From: a virus
DNA: 64,000 nt
Strand: one strand, 5' to 3'
Virus record (IMG/VR): IMGVR_UViG_3300038301_000548
Location: 126,699-190,698 of that record
Within the stretch, counting starts at the first letter, position 1. Each line of letters begins with the position of its first letter. Position numbers and translations under genes: made by a program. Positions 10,118-19,463 of the stretch are shown here, one piece after another. The notes under the pieces were generated by a model. The model made no database searches. It saw only the letters and a program-made list of their open reading frames with translations, and was not told where the DNA came from.

Positions 10118-10940
10118 TTTCTAATACTTTTTCATATATAAATTCTGGTGGTGGGTGCCAACCGTATTTATCTAGAAACTCTACCTTAGTATTCAGTGGG
10201 TTCCAGGTGTTTTCATACCTATATTGTGACATTTCTCTAGAGCCCCAAACTAAATGAGAACACTCGCATAGGCTGGCTAAATGCATCGGACCAGAAGAAG
10301 GTCCGATGGCGATGCGGGCATCCGAAAGTAACTGGCATGTTTCTTTCAGCGAACAACCCCTAAAATCAGTGGTGCCAGGTAGAGCAAGCGACTCTGTGGT
10401 CGAGCCCACACAAGCAATACTAAAGTCATTTTCCAGTAGCCCAATTAAGGTTTTCCAATTTGCCAAGCTCCAGTTGTCCTGCTCTCTCAGGTTTCTATTC
10501 CTAGCATGAACAATGATGTCGTGCCTTTTACCCTTCCCCATTTCTGCTTTATAAGAAATGTACTCCGGAGTTACCTGAAATGGACCTACCTCTACGTTGT
10601 CGTTCCAATTCGTGTATGGTGGGGTGCCGATTCGGCGAGGGGGAAGCCAAGAGAACTTATTCTTTCTTTTTCCTAAAATTGTGAAAAGAAGTTGTCGGTC
10701 CAAAAACAGACCCTGTTTAAAGAAGGAGTCAGAAAGACCTGTGTCTGGTGGGTCATAGGCTATTATCTCTTCAGCGAAATCCTCGTATAATTGTTCCGAT
10801 CCTGGTTTGCAAATTATTACTATTTTCAGGTTGTGTTGTTTCTTTATCGCTCTTAGGTAGCCCTGCCAAGCAAACAACTCCCATCCGAATTCGCCAACCC
10901 ATGGGCCTGCGACGATTGTCTTACCCATATAATCTGTCAT
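10107..10940 (-). CDS. Glycosyltransferase, GT9/heptosyltransferase-like
   Basis: LKETCQLLSDARIAIGPSSGPMHLASLC matches the GT9 motif (..IGxDSGxMHLA); NWSLANW upstream. Confidence 0.65.
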   Translation of the reverse strand: MTDYMGKTIVAGPWVGEFGWELFAWQGYLRAIKKQHNLKIVIICKPGSEQLYEDFAEEIIAYDPPDTGLSDSFFKQGLFLDRQLLFTILGKRKNKFSWLPPRRIGTPPYTNWNDNVEVGPFQVTPEYISYKAEMGKGKRHDIIVHARNRNLREQDNWSLANWKTLIGLLENDFSIACVGSTTESLALPGTTDFRGCSLKETCQLLSDARIAIGPSSGPMHLASLCECSHLVWGSREMSQYRYENTWNPLNTKVEFLDKYGWHPPPEFIYEKVLESVI

Positions 10941-11793
10941 AGTGTCCTACCAGTTTCTCTGCCCAGTGCTTCCTATTATATTTTTGCACTGTTTGGTTTC
11001 CTTTTTTCGCTATTTCTTCGCGAAGAGAATCATTTTCTAGAAAAAACTTAATCTTTTCGTTTAAATCTTGCGCATCGCGGTATATGACAAGGTCTTTTTG
11101 ATCTTCGAACATTTCATCTCTGCCTAGCCAATCGTTGGTAAGCAAGAAACCACCTGCGGCAAGAACCTTATATATACGATCGGAGGCGCCGCGGTCTGTA
11201 CAAAAATTTAAATTAATCTTTGTTTTTGAGACACTTTCGGAATGTTGGGCGCCGAACGCGTTATTGATGACTACCAGTGGACTTTCTATTGATTCAATCC
11301 ATGTTTTCCTAGTTCCATAGACGTTACCGATAAACGATATATCATATTGTTTGTCAATCTGCTTCGGGTATTCGACCATTTCATCATACCCCTCACAAAC
11401 GTGAAAAGATCTCTTATTTATGCCAAGTGCTTGGGATAAGACATTTTTCTTGTCACAGCAGAAAAAATCGACCAGAGAAGTTTTCTCTCTCATTTCGTCG
11501 TCATAAGAGATCAGTGGGTCCATAAACCAAAGGCAGGTCTTTGAGTACTTTCTTGATTCCGCAAAAACATCGTATGAGACTTGGTTACATTTGCTGAATA
11601 AAATTAAATCAAATTTACGTTCTTGAATTACCTCAAGCAGGTCGCGATCGCGGGCGCGTTGTCCGATTCTCGATGCCTTAATTCTATAATTATACCCCAC
11701 AACATGCTGGCCTAGGCGCTTCAAGCTTGCAATCTGGGAATTGTTTGTGGATTTTCCTATGTTGTCAAACACCCCTACAAAAAGAATTTTCAT
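10921..11793 (-). CDS. CgeB/YkvP-like glycosyltransferase (GT-B)
   Basis: YDISFIGN..KINLNF..SDRIYKVLAAGGFLLT..DLVIYRD..KIKFFLENDSLREEIAKKG. Confidence 0.8.
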   Translation of the reverse strand: MKILFVGVFDNIGKSTNNSQIASLKRLGQHVVGYNYRIKASRIGQRARDRDLLEVIQERKFDLILFSKCNQVSYDVFAESRKYSKTCLWFMDPLISYDDEMREKTSLVDFFCCDKKNVLSQALGINKRSFHVCEGYDEMVEYPKQIDKQYDISFIGNVYGTRKTWIESIESPLVVINNAFGAQHSESVSKTKINLNFCTDRGASDRIYKVLAAGGFLLTNDWLGRDEMFEDQKDLVIYRDAQDLNEKIKFFLENDSLREEIAKKGNQTVQKYNRKHWAEKLVGHYDRLYG

Positions 11794-11800
11794 TTTTTAA

Positions 11801-12757
11801 TCACCACCTAAAGTTCTTTTTATAAAACTTTACTATTTTTTGAATTTCTTGGTCGAAATCTCTCTCGGGCTTCCATCCTAAGTCGCGTATTTTCTTATCA
11901 TCTAGTGCATATCTTACATCTTGGCCCTGGCGAACATGCTTCAGGTCGACATGATTCTGCCAACCTTTATCACTCAATATACCAAAAAAAGATTTATAAA
12001 TTTTCTTAAAAGTTTCTTTGTTTTTTTGTTCAAAGCCCCCGGAAATATTGTAAATTTCATTAGTTTTGCCAGATTTTATAATTTTAATAATAGCGGATGC
12101 GGTATCATCAGCGTGTAGCCAATTTCTTATTGGTTCCCCTTTGTTGTGAAGTCTCAGTTTTTTATTACGAAGGAGATTCTTGACGGTTACTGGTATCAGC
12201 TTTTCTGGATATTGACCTTTCCCGTAGTTATTAGTTGGTCTAACTATAACATATTTAACTTGATAAGTTCTAGCCCAGGCCAAGACCAACATGTCGGCTG
12301 CAGCCTTCGAGGCAGAGTATGGATTTGAGGGGTTCAGTATGGTGTCTTCTTTGTGGTGGCCTTCTTTTATATCCCCATATACCTCGTCAGTACTGAAATG
12401 TAAAAGAATTGGAGGGTCAACTACGTTTTTTGGCTTCTTCTTTATAAGGTCTAATAAGTTTTTCACGCCTACCACGTTAGATTGTATGAAGTTATCACTG
12501 TTTACAATACTGTTCCCAACATGTGATTCGGCCGCTGTATTGATTACATAATCACAATCGGGGAGAAAATCTAAGTCTGCAATATCTTTTTTTATAAATT
12601 TAAAATTCTCATTTTTTTCAAACTTTGACAAAAATGGTAAATTTGCCGCATAAGTCAAACTGTCAATACCGTAAACTTTCCAGCCTAAATCTAGGCACCT
12701 TTTGGTTATATGTGAGCCTATTAATCCCAGGCAACCGGTTACAGTAACTAAAAACAT
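11801..12757 (-). CDS. rfbB: dTDP-glucose 4,6-dehydratase
   Basis: VTGCLGLIGS Rossmann motif, DSLTYAAN, AAESHV, STDEVYG, NPYSASKAA (YxxxK), RPTNNYG..QYPEKLIP, RNWLHADD, RQGQDVRYALD. Confidence 0.92.
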   Translation of the reverse strand: MFLVTVTGCLGLIGSHITKRCLDLGWKVYGIDSLTYAANLPFLSKFEKNENFKFIKKDIADLDFLPDCDYVINTAAESHVGNSIVNSDNFIQSNVVGVKNLLDLIKKKPKNVVDPPILLHFSTDEVYGDIKEGHHKEDTILNPSNPYSASKAAADMLVLAWARTYQVKYVIVRPTNNYGKGQYPEKLIPVTVKNLLRNKKLRLHNKGEPIRNWLHADDTASAIIKIIKSGKTNEIYNISGGFEQKNKETFKKIYKSFFGILSDKGWQNHVDLKHVRQGQDVRYALDDKKIRDLGWKPERDFDQEIQKIVKFYKKNFRW

Positions 12758-13455
12758 TAGCTGTATACCTTTTTATAATCTGATTGCAGTTGGTGCAGTT
12801 TCGAGCCTATTCCCGACTCAAACACACCTCTGCCTGCATAATGTATGATGTGGGAATCGAACCTGTCTGGCATGCCGAACCATGGTTCGTTGAACATTGC
12901 CATGTGGTTGTATTTATATGATAGTTGGCATACTTTAAATTTGTTCTTTTTTATGAGGTACCCCATGTGAGCGTCGTCATAGCCCCAGCCAACCCAATAA
13001 TAGTTGTCAATCTTTCTATATATATCCCTGTGTTGCTTTGATGTTAAGAAGGTTCCAGTATTGATGTAACCTTCTCTCCAACCAATGTCGCCGTATTTTT
13101 GTTGCACTTGGTTGATAACGTCTTTTCTTACAGGCTCCCTAGAGCCAACATCTTCATAGATGCTACCTATACTATCTTCCGGAACCTCTTCGAATAAATT
13201 CGGACAAGATGGCAATAAAAGCATATCAGTGTCAAGGTGAAGAATTCTATCATATTTTTCATGCAATTCGTAGTGCTTCATTATCCGATAATGCCAACGG
13301 CCGTCGCCATCATGACAATCAGTGGTATGATCCAATACCATAAAATCGGCGCTGACTTTCGAGGCATAGTTTTTAAAAATGGGGTGAGTTATGTCACTAA
13401 ATGCTGCTACCCCTTCATCTGCTCGGGTAGTAATCAAAAGCTTACTCATAGCCAA
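12757..13455 (-). CDS. Glycosyltransferase, GT8-like (GT-A)
   Basis: YDRILHLDTDML (DxD), YINTGTF, IIHYAG. Confidence 0.8.
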   Translation of the reverse strand: MAMSKLLITTRADEGVAAFSDITHPIFKNYASKVSADFMVLDHTTDCHDGDGRWHYRIMKHYELHEKYDRILHLDTDMLLLPSCPNLFEEVPEDSIGSIYEDVGSREPVRKDVINQVQQKYGDIGWREGYINTGTFLTSKQHRDIYRKIDNYYWVGWGYDDAHMGYLIKKNKFKVCQLSYKYNHMAMFNEPWFGMPDRFDSHIIHYAGRGVFESGIGSKLHQLQSDYKKVYS

Positions 13456-14128
13456 ACTCCTTAAGATACTTTTCTAGGTCGACAAATAAACTATCTAGAT
13501 CCATATCATGTTCCCTAAAAAAGCCGTCATATATATCTTCCCTGCGGCGGTAAAGGCCCACTTGTGTTGTATCTAGTTTTTTATATCTCTTTGCCTTATG
13601 TGACACCCTGTATCTGCTTGTAAAATCTCTCATACTTTCCTCAAATGGTATACCTATAAAGTTGCAGATATCTCCTATCGTTTGGTCGAAGTGCTGTATG
13701 ACGTCCTCCATTTTCACTACCTTGAGTCGCGATGGGAATGTCTTCTTTATATGGAGGTAAATCTTGTGCATCCACTCGATATCCTCCAGGCAACCATCAT
13801 ATGTTGCATCGTCGGCACATTCTTTTGGGCCGGAATCGTTGCCTGGTTGGCCTCTATATATTTTCGATAAGGCACAGTCTCTAAGGTCCCTTATAGTCCA
13901 CAGGATTTTTAAATCTAGATCCGCGGTCAATAGTCTTGTGACCATTTCCATATTATCAATATAAACCGTGTCGCACTTGCTGAGATATTTCTTATACAGT
14001 GGGTCCGGCGACCTGAAGACTGTTTTGTCCTCTGCAGGGTTTGTGGCTACCAAAATTTTCGAGCCTCTTAGGATTTCTAGCAGCATGTTTGTGCCTGTTC
14101 TCCCGCAACTTAATATCAACACCTTCAC
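13442..14128 (-). CDS. Sulfotransferase-family protein
   Basis: ILSCGRTGTNML (5'-PSB-like), IRDLRDCALS (3'-PB-like), VKMEDV..ICNFIGIPF. Confidence 0.75.
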   Translation of the reverse strand: MKVLILSCGRTGTNMLLEILRGSKILVATNPAEDKTVFRSPDPLYKKYLSKCDTVYIDNMEMVTRLLTADLDLKILWTIRDLRDCALSKIYRGQPGNDSGPKECADDATYDGCLEDIEWMHKIYLHIKKTFPSRLKVVKMEDVIQHFDQTIGDICNFIGIPFEESMRDFTSRYRVSHKAKRYKKLDTTQVGLYRRREDIYDGFFREHDMDLDSLFVDLEKYLKEFGYE

Positions 14129-14132
14129 TATC

Positions 14133-14789
14133 TTACCTCCAAGCGTATATTTCTTTTCCAGGGTATTGTTCTACTGAAAATCCTAAATTTCGAAGCGTTT
14201 TTTTAACTTCTTGGTTTTTTTCGTCGTCATGCTCTTCGAATGATATTTGTTTTATTTGTTTTGCTGTCGACACTGTTAGGTTCTCAAGGACTTCATATTC
14301 GGCCCCTTCTATGTCCATTTTTAGAAAGTCTATGCTGCCTAGCGGCGCGAATCGGTCGATAATTTCTTGTATTGTTGTTGTTCCAACTTCATATTCATTG
14401 ATCAGGACGTCATCAGAAACCTTGTCCCTGTGGTTTCCATAAATATTATTCCATTGGTGGTATCTATTCGTTCCGTCTGATTTTAACTCTCCCACAAACT
14501 CAGTCATTATAACTTTTTCTTTGTTTTTTGGTGTTTGGCCAACTAATGCAAGATTTAATAATTTAAAATTACTAAACCCTTTCGAATCAATTACTTCGCA
14601 ATTTCGCAGTGATGGTTCGATTCCAACAACTTGCGTACTCTCCAAGCCGGCTATAGATCTCAGCCTTTGCACAAAGAGGCCCACATTGCAGCCAGCGTCA
14701 ATGATGACACTATCTTTATTTAAGCGAGATATGTCGCAAATATGGTTCAGGCCTTCGCCGAAATTAATTTTTTTCACTTTTCTCTCCAA
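14133..14789 (-). CDS. FkbM-family SAM methyltransferase
   Basis: IIDAGCNVG, VGIEPS, IDFLKMDIEGAEYEVL. Confidence 0.88.
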   Translation of the reverse strand: MERKVKKINFGEGLNHICDISRLNKDSVIIDAGCNVGLFVQRLRSIAGLESTQVVGIEPSLRNCEVIDSKGFSNFKLLNLALVGQTPKNKEKVIMTEFVGELKSDGTNRYHQWNNIYGNHRDKVSDDVLINEYEVGTTTIQEIIDRFAPLGSIDFLKMDIEGAEYEVLENLTVSTAKQIKQISFEEHDDEKNQEVKKTLRNLGFSVEQYPGKEIYAWR

Positions 14790-15267
14790 AAATCATAAAA
14801 GAATTATTTAAATCAACACCTGATTTGAATATCTTTCTGTAGCCTAAATTTAACATGAAATCTTTGATGATTTCAGGTGTAAAAATATTTTTATGTTTCT
14901 TGTTGTTCCATGGTCGCCAATATTTTTGACTATAATCTGGTAAGTATAAGAATAATACTCCTCCAGGTTTTAGCATTTTGTGCCAATATTCCATTACCTC
15001 AATCCAATCTTTTATGTGCTCCAGGCAGTGACTAGAAAAAATATAATCTACATTCTTCATCGGTAAATTTTCGGCATGCCAATCATCTGGAAAATCTTTG
15101 TCTATAGGTATCGACCCAGAGAGGGCCCAATCCTTATTCTTGCAGCCAATATCATACCCTATACCAGCGCAGACCATAGACGCATACGCCGCGGCGAATC
15201 TGCTAGCATGCCCGGATGCTTGAAACGCAGGGTATTGTTGATCCTCAAACTTAATTGTCTTTATCAT
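14764..15267 (-). CDS. Class I SAM methyltransferase (Methyltransf_11-like)
   Basis: GYDIGC, DYIFSSHCLEHI..WHKMLKPGGVLFLYLPD. Confidence 0.85.
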   Translation of the reverse strand: MIKTIKFEDQQYPAFQASGHASRFAAAYASMVCAGIGYDIGCKNKDWALSGSIPIDKDFPDDWHAENLPMKNVDYIFSSHCLEHIKDWIEVMEYWHKMLKPGGVLFLYLPDYSQKYWRPWNNKKHKNIFTPEIIKDFMLNLGYRKIFKSGVDLNNSFMIFGEKSEKN

Positions 15268-16193
15268 TTATTTACTTTTGCTAATATTTTCTGCTCAACT
15301 ACCGGAATCAATTCCTTGCGATTGCAGCCTTGAAAATTTGTATTTTTGACAAAAATGGTCTCTGCATTATCGTTGACTGGGTTGAGGCATAGAAGATTTG
15401 TGCTGTGGTTAGGAAGGTAGTTGGTTACTAGGTGGATGGCCGGATGTGAGTAGGCGCCCATTACCCACATAGGACCAGTGTCTACTCCAAGTGTTACATT
15501 GGTAGCTAGGCATGCCTTTACTTGATCAAAAAAATTTAAATAAGTCATATTATTATAGCCTTCCTTATTTGATAGCACTGGGTCATCACTTTTTCCAAAA
15601 TGAAAAACGTTAATTCCTGACTCGACAAGGAGAGAAATAAGACTAGACCACCAAGAGTTTTCAGGATTTCTCCCGGGGCCGGCGCCTTGGCCGAAGGGCC
15701 ATATACCGACACTGTTTTCAAAAATTGATAAATCGCTATTTCTAGTTTTCGTATAGGTGTGGGCGGTGGGGTCGTCTAAGCCAACGTCGAACCATTTTTT
15801 CAACTTTGGTTTCTTTTCACTACTAGACAGTGTTGAGTTTAAGTCTCCTATATCTATGCCCGCTACGAAGGCGGTCTCCTCTATAAAGGAAACTTTATTG
15901 TACCAATAGCTATCCGAATGTGACCAGTCTTCAAACCTTGTTGTAATATCACAACTGGATCTGATTTTCTTATCTTCTTCCCCCATATCGTTCCAGTGGT
16001 CAGTGATTTTTATCCTATCTATAAGAGGATGGTTCAAGAATAAAGGCGCGGTGAAGGCACACTTTTTTTGTATGACCCAATACTTATAGCTCCCGGGGTA
16101 TTTCTTCTCATAATATGTTAACAGAGGTAATCCAGCGATTAAATCTCCAATAAGGCCATAGCTCATTCCCCATATTTTGACTTGCTTGGTCAC
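15264..16193 (-). CDS. Glycosyltransferase, GT9-like
   Basis: GLIGDLIAGLPLL at the N-terminus and FFDQVKACLATNVTLGVDTGPMWV at the C-terminus. Confidence 0.7.
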   Translation of the reverse strand: MTKQVKIWGMSYGLIGDLIAGLPLLTYYEKKYPGSYKYWVIQKKCAFTAPLFLNHPLIDRIKITDHWNDMGEEDKKIRSSCDITTRFEDWSHSDSYWYNKVSFIEETAFVAGIDIGDLNSTLSSSEKKPKLKKWFDVGLDDPTAHTYTKTRNSDLSIFENSVGIWPFGQGAGPGRNPENSWWSSLISLLVESGINVFHFGKSDDPVLSNKEGYNNMTYLNFFDQVKACLATNVTLGVDTGPMWVMGAYSHPAIHLVTNYLPNHSTNLLCLNPVNDNAETIFVKNTNFQGCNRKELIPVVEQKILAKVNK

Positions 16194-16200
16194 CTGTCGT

Positions 16201-16818
16201 TTATCCTTGGACCGTTGAGGTGCCTGAAAATAATGGGAATTCTCTCAAGTCTCTATATTCTGGATATTCTGGAAGGTCTTTATTGTGATCAGGATAATTT
16301 TGCATCAACATTAGGCCGCGAGCGGCTTGCTCAGGGGTCATATATGCGTTCCACCCATTTATATCTATTTCGTCCTGGTGATACATGACTTCTGAACGGC
16401 CCTCATATCTTGATTTTTTTAGATATTTGGCTGCAGCGGGGTCGTCTGTTAGGATCATTCCACCTTTACCAATTTTTAAATGTTTCTTTATGTGAAAAGA
16501 TAGACACATAAAAGTGCCTGGTATATACATGCCTGAAGTGAACCTCTTTGCAGCATCCCATATTGGATACGGCTCTAGTTGGTAAATACCCTTCCAGTGA
16601 TAATCTCTAAATTTTACTTTACCCCCTGCATTCATAATCGACTGCGGGACGGATAAATATGTCTTTGCTGGAATAGTTACTTCTTGCACCTTCAGATACT
16701 CACAACACAACAACAATGCGTCAGTGCAGTTGTCTGTCGATATTGCATATTTAGAGCCACAATAGTCTGCCACTGTCTCTTCGAACATTTTTACTATTTT
16801 GTATGGGTTATGTCTCAC
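16201..16818 (-). CDS. Short DegT/DnrJ/EryC1/StrS PLP-dependent aminotransferase
   Basis: FEETVADYCGSKYAISTDNCTDALLL, IWDAA, CLSFHIKKHL..GKGGMILTDD; only 205 aa. Confidence 0.8.
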   Translation of the reverse strand: MRHNPYKIVKMFEETVADYCGSKYAISTDNCTDALLLCCEYLKVQEVTIPAKTYLSVPQSIMNAGGKVKFRDYHWKGIYQLEPYPIWDAAKRFTSGMYIPGTFMCLSFHIKKHLKIGKGGMILTDDPAAAKYLKKSRYEGRSEVMYHQDEIDINGWNAYMTPEQAARGLMLMQNYPDHNKDLPEYPEYRDLREFPLFSGTSTVQG

Positions 16819-16821
16819 TTT

Positions 16822-17199
16822 TTAATCTCCTTTTTCGATTCTATAGCTATCTGAATCGAAATGCTGGGTTGAAAACTCAAATAATTCCGTATCTTCCAAA
16901 GCAATCATCTGATGCCTCAAACCCCTATAAACGTGAAAGTTGTCCCCGGGGTTTAGGACCCTCTCTTTGGATTTTTCTACATTATCTTGTTCTGAATATT
17001 TCACTAAAATCTTACCTGATTGTATATAAAACACTTCGTCTTTGAGTTTGTGATAGTGCCAGGAGCACCTCTTATCTTTTACAAAGTAAAGCAGCTTGCC
17101 ACAATATTCATCGCAGTTTACAATCCATTTTTCAAAGCCCCAACCTTTTGGGACAAACTTAATTTCCAAAGAATTGCTCATCACTAATTCCTCTATCAT
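16822..17199 (-). CDS. Cupin-domain protein (sugar isomerase-like)
   Basis: PKGWGFEKWI, CSWHYHKLKDEVFYIQSG, GLRHQM, EFST. Confidence 0.8.
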   Translation of the reverse strand: MIEELVMSNSLEIKFVPKGWGFEKWIVNCDEYCGKLLYFVKDKRCSWHYHKLKDEVFYIQSGKILVKYSEQDNVEKSKERVLNPGDNFHVYRGLRHQMIALEDTELFEFSTQHFDSDSYRIEKGD

Positions 17200-17482
17200 C
17201 TATGTACAAATCACCTTGAGGTTTTCCAAGAAAAAGTGCATGATATTTCACCCCCCAGTTATCGAGTTGTTTTTTTGTAAATTCATAAAACTCTGCTATT
17301 GCCTGTGTTGTATTATTGTTATGCCGGCCCATTCCTCGAGCTGTCAAAAAGAAGATTTGATTACCTGAATCGAAAAGATTATTGATTAACTCAACCCTTT
17401 CTTTAAAAGGTTTAGCATTTTCATATTTTCCATCAGTGTTGCTGCAAATGGTGCCATCTATGTCAAAGACATAATTTTTCAA
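17159..17482 (-). CDS. HAD-superfamily phosphatase (capsule-biosynthesis type)
   Basis: YVFDIDGTIC, FLTARGM, LGKPQGDLYIDDR. Confidence 0.85.
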   Translation of the reverse strand: MKNYVFDIDGTICSNTDGKYENAKPFKERVELINNLFDSGNQIFFLTARGMGRHNNNTTQAIAEFYEFTKKQLDNWGVKYHALFLGKPQGDLYIDDRGISDEQFFGN

Positions 17483-18263
17483 TATCTCTCTCCTTTAGTG
17501 CATAAGTTCCTGATTTGCTCACAACGTAAGAAGCTGCAATGTTAGCACACTTTATTGCTGAGTCTATATCTTTCTTGTTTCTAATATATTTATAAGATAA
17601 GACTGCCAGAAAGGTGTCGCCGGCGCCGGATACGTCTGCTACTTGCTCTGTTCTTGTCGGATAGCTTCTGCCGTTCCAAGTAGCTCCGCGGGCGCCCTGG
17701 GTTATTATTAGCTGATGTTTGGGAAAGGGCTTTTTAAAATTAGACTGCTCCTTTTCATTAACTTTCACAATTGAACCCTCGTAACACATTATCTCTTTCT
17801 TTTTAGTATCGACAAAAATCGGGATTCCATGGGTTGCACAGGCTTCACATAACCACTTGGCTGTCGCAGGAGTGACAAATCCTTTATCATAGTCCGATAT
17901 GATCAGCAAATCATACCTGGAAATATTCTTTATTTCCTCACTCAACAGATTAACAGGCGATACTTTCTTCTTTTCACCTGAATCAAATCTCAGGATATGT
18001 TGGCCGGAGGCTTCATCTATAAATCTCTCTTTTATAATCTCTTCACTGTTTGTCAAGCAGTCTACTTTCACTTTCGAACCGAAAGCTTCTAGATTGTTTT
18101 TAACGTTAATCACCATGCCACCCACTTCTTTGGTTGTTTTGTGTACCAATATTGGAATAGGTGCTTCTGGAGATAACCTGGTGCATGACCCATAGTGAAA
18201 TCGGTCTAAGCATGAGTCACCTATTAGCAGTATTTTGCATAATTTTTGTGGTTGAGTATCCAT
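17463..18263 (-). CDS. rfaE1: D-glycero-manno-heptose-7-phosphate kinase-like (HldE/RfaE domain I, PfkB family)
   Basis: LLIGDSCLDRF..RLSPEAPIPI, GGMVINV..NL, IISDYDKG, VDTK, KVNEKE, DVSGAGDTF. Confidence 0.85.
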   Translation of the reverse strand: MDTQPQKLCKILLIGDSCLDRFHYGSCTRLSPEAPIPILVHKTTKEVGGMVINVKNNLEAFGSKVKVDCLTNSEEIIKERFIDEASGQHILRFDSGEKKKVSPVNLLSEEIKNISRYDLLIISDYDKGFVTPATAKWLCEACATHGIPIFVDTKKKEIMCYEGSIVKVNEKEQSNFKKPFPKHQLIITQGARGATWNGRSYPTRTEQVADVSGAGDTFLAVLSYKYIRNKKDIDSAIKCANIAASYVVSKSGTYALKERDIEKLCL

Positions 18264-18609
18264 CTATATAGCCAAATATAATAACTTTTCCAATCTCTTT
18301 TCCAACAACTTCGTGAGGTTTATAGTCTCCACCCTTAACAATAATATCTGGTTTTATCTTCTCTATTAGAGCTAGTGGTGTTGTTTCATCAAAGATATAA
18401 ACTTTTTTTACATATTTTAAAGATTCTAACATAAACTTTCTGTCTTTTTCAGAAAAATTAGGTCGTGAGGGTCCCTTGATAGCTTTCACACTATCATCAC
18501 TATTTATGCCCACCACTACATCCCCCATGGTGCTGCAAAATTTTAACAGCTCAAGGTGGCCGCGGTGCAAAATATCAAAACAACCATTTGTGAAAACTAT
18601 TTTCTTCAT
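18217..18609 (-). CDS. rfaE2: Heptose-1-phosphate adenylyltransferase-like (HldE/RfaE domain II)
   Basis: VFTNGCFDILHRGH, VGINSDDSV..KGPSRP, PDIIVKGGDY, GYSTT. Confidence 0.88.
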   Translation of the reverse strand: MKKIVFTNGCFDILHRGHLELLKFCSTMGDVVVGINSDDSVKAIKGPSRPNFSEKDRKFMLESLKYVKKVYIFDETTPLALIEKIKPDIIVKGGDYKPHEVVGKEIGKVIIFGYIDGYSTTKIMQNTANR

Positions 18610-19463
18610 TGGGGCTCGTTAGGGCATTGAGAAATGATTTGCGAAAACCTATCTAAAGCTAATTTTACATTATTCTCTACTCTAGATATGAGTTCTTTTC
18701 CGTTCAGATTAAACCATGGTTCATAAAACGCTCCTAACATTTTTGGAATAGTGATGAGCTTACAATTTACCATCTTAGCTTCAACAGCGAGCCGGCACAT
18801 AGATTCTAATACACCTGGAAAGAAAACGAGGCCATTGTATCTCGAGAGAGTTTCTATAAATTCATATGGGTCAGGTGATTTTATCAAGTCATATTCAATA
18901 TTCTTACCTTTACAAAATTCAATCGCCATTTTGGTGTTCTTAATTGGGTTACTAGAGTCAACAATCGCAAATTTATTATTTTTAACTTTATTATTGTTTA
19001 GTTTTTTGATGAAATCTAACTTCGCGGTGCTCCACAAGCTACCAGATATTGATTCTAGATTATTTATTTTTAAATTTTTATGGATTATTTCTACTTGTTT
19101 CTGCCCCAAGCAGATGACTTTATATGCTTTTTTGTAGAATTCTCGGTTTAAGATGTGTTTTTCTGGTATTTCAAAATTGGGGAAGCGAGAGGGATCCCGA
19201 GTTGAGACATATTTGTGGTCGTGCTCGTAAATGATATATTTACTGTTGTTTTGTATAAAACTTTTTGACTCTTCGTCTAGCATGCAAAAATTAGAAATAA
19301 CTAAATAATCAAATCTAGATAATTCTTCTATTATAATATCTTTCGAACTAATGCAGGTTACTTGAAATTCTTTTTCTAGGTGTGAAAGGAGAACAGAATC
19401 GTTTAGCTCGGCGCCGCCAAGAAGGTCCGAGTTAAAAAAATCAGCAATGAAGGCAACTTTCAC
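18606..19463 (-). CDS. Probable GT-B glycosyltransferase-like protein
   Basis: GGAELNDSV, YIIYEHDHK, VFFPGVLESMCRLAVEAKMVNC; lies within the glycan cluster. Confidence 0.6.
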   Translation of the reverse strand: MKVAFIADFFNSDLLGGAELNDSVLLSHLEKEFQVTCISSKDIIIEELSRFDYLVISNFCMLDEESKSFIQNNSKYIIYEHDHKYVSTRDPSRFPNFEIPEKHILNREFYKKAYKVICLGQKQVEIIHKNLKINNLESISGSLWSTAKLDFIKKLNNNKVKNNKFAIVDSSNPIKNTKMAIEFCKGKNIEYDLIKSPDPYEFIETLSRYNGLVFFPGVLESMCRLAVEAKMVNCKLITIPKMLGAFYEPWFNLNGKELISRVENNVKLALDRFSQIISQCPNEPQ

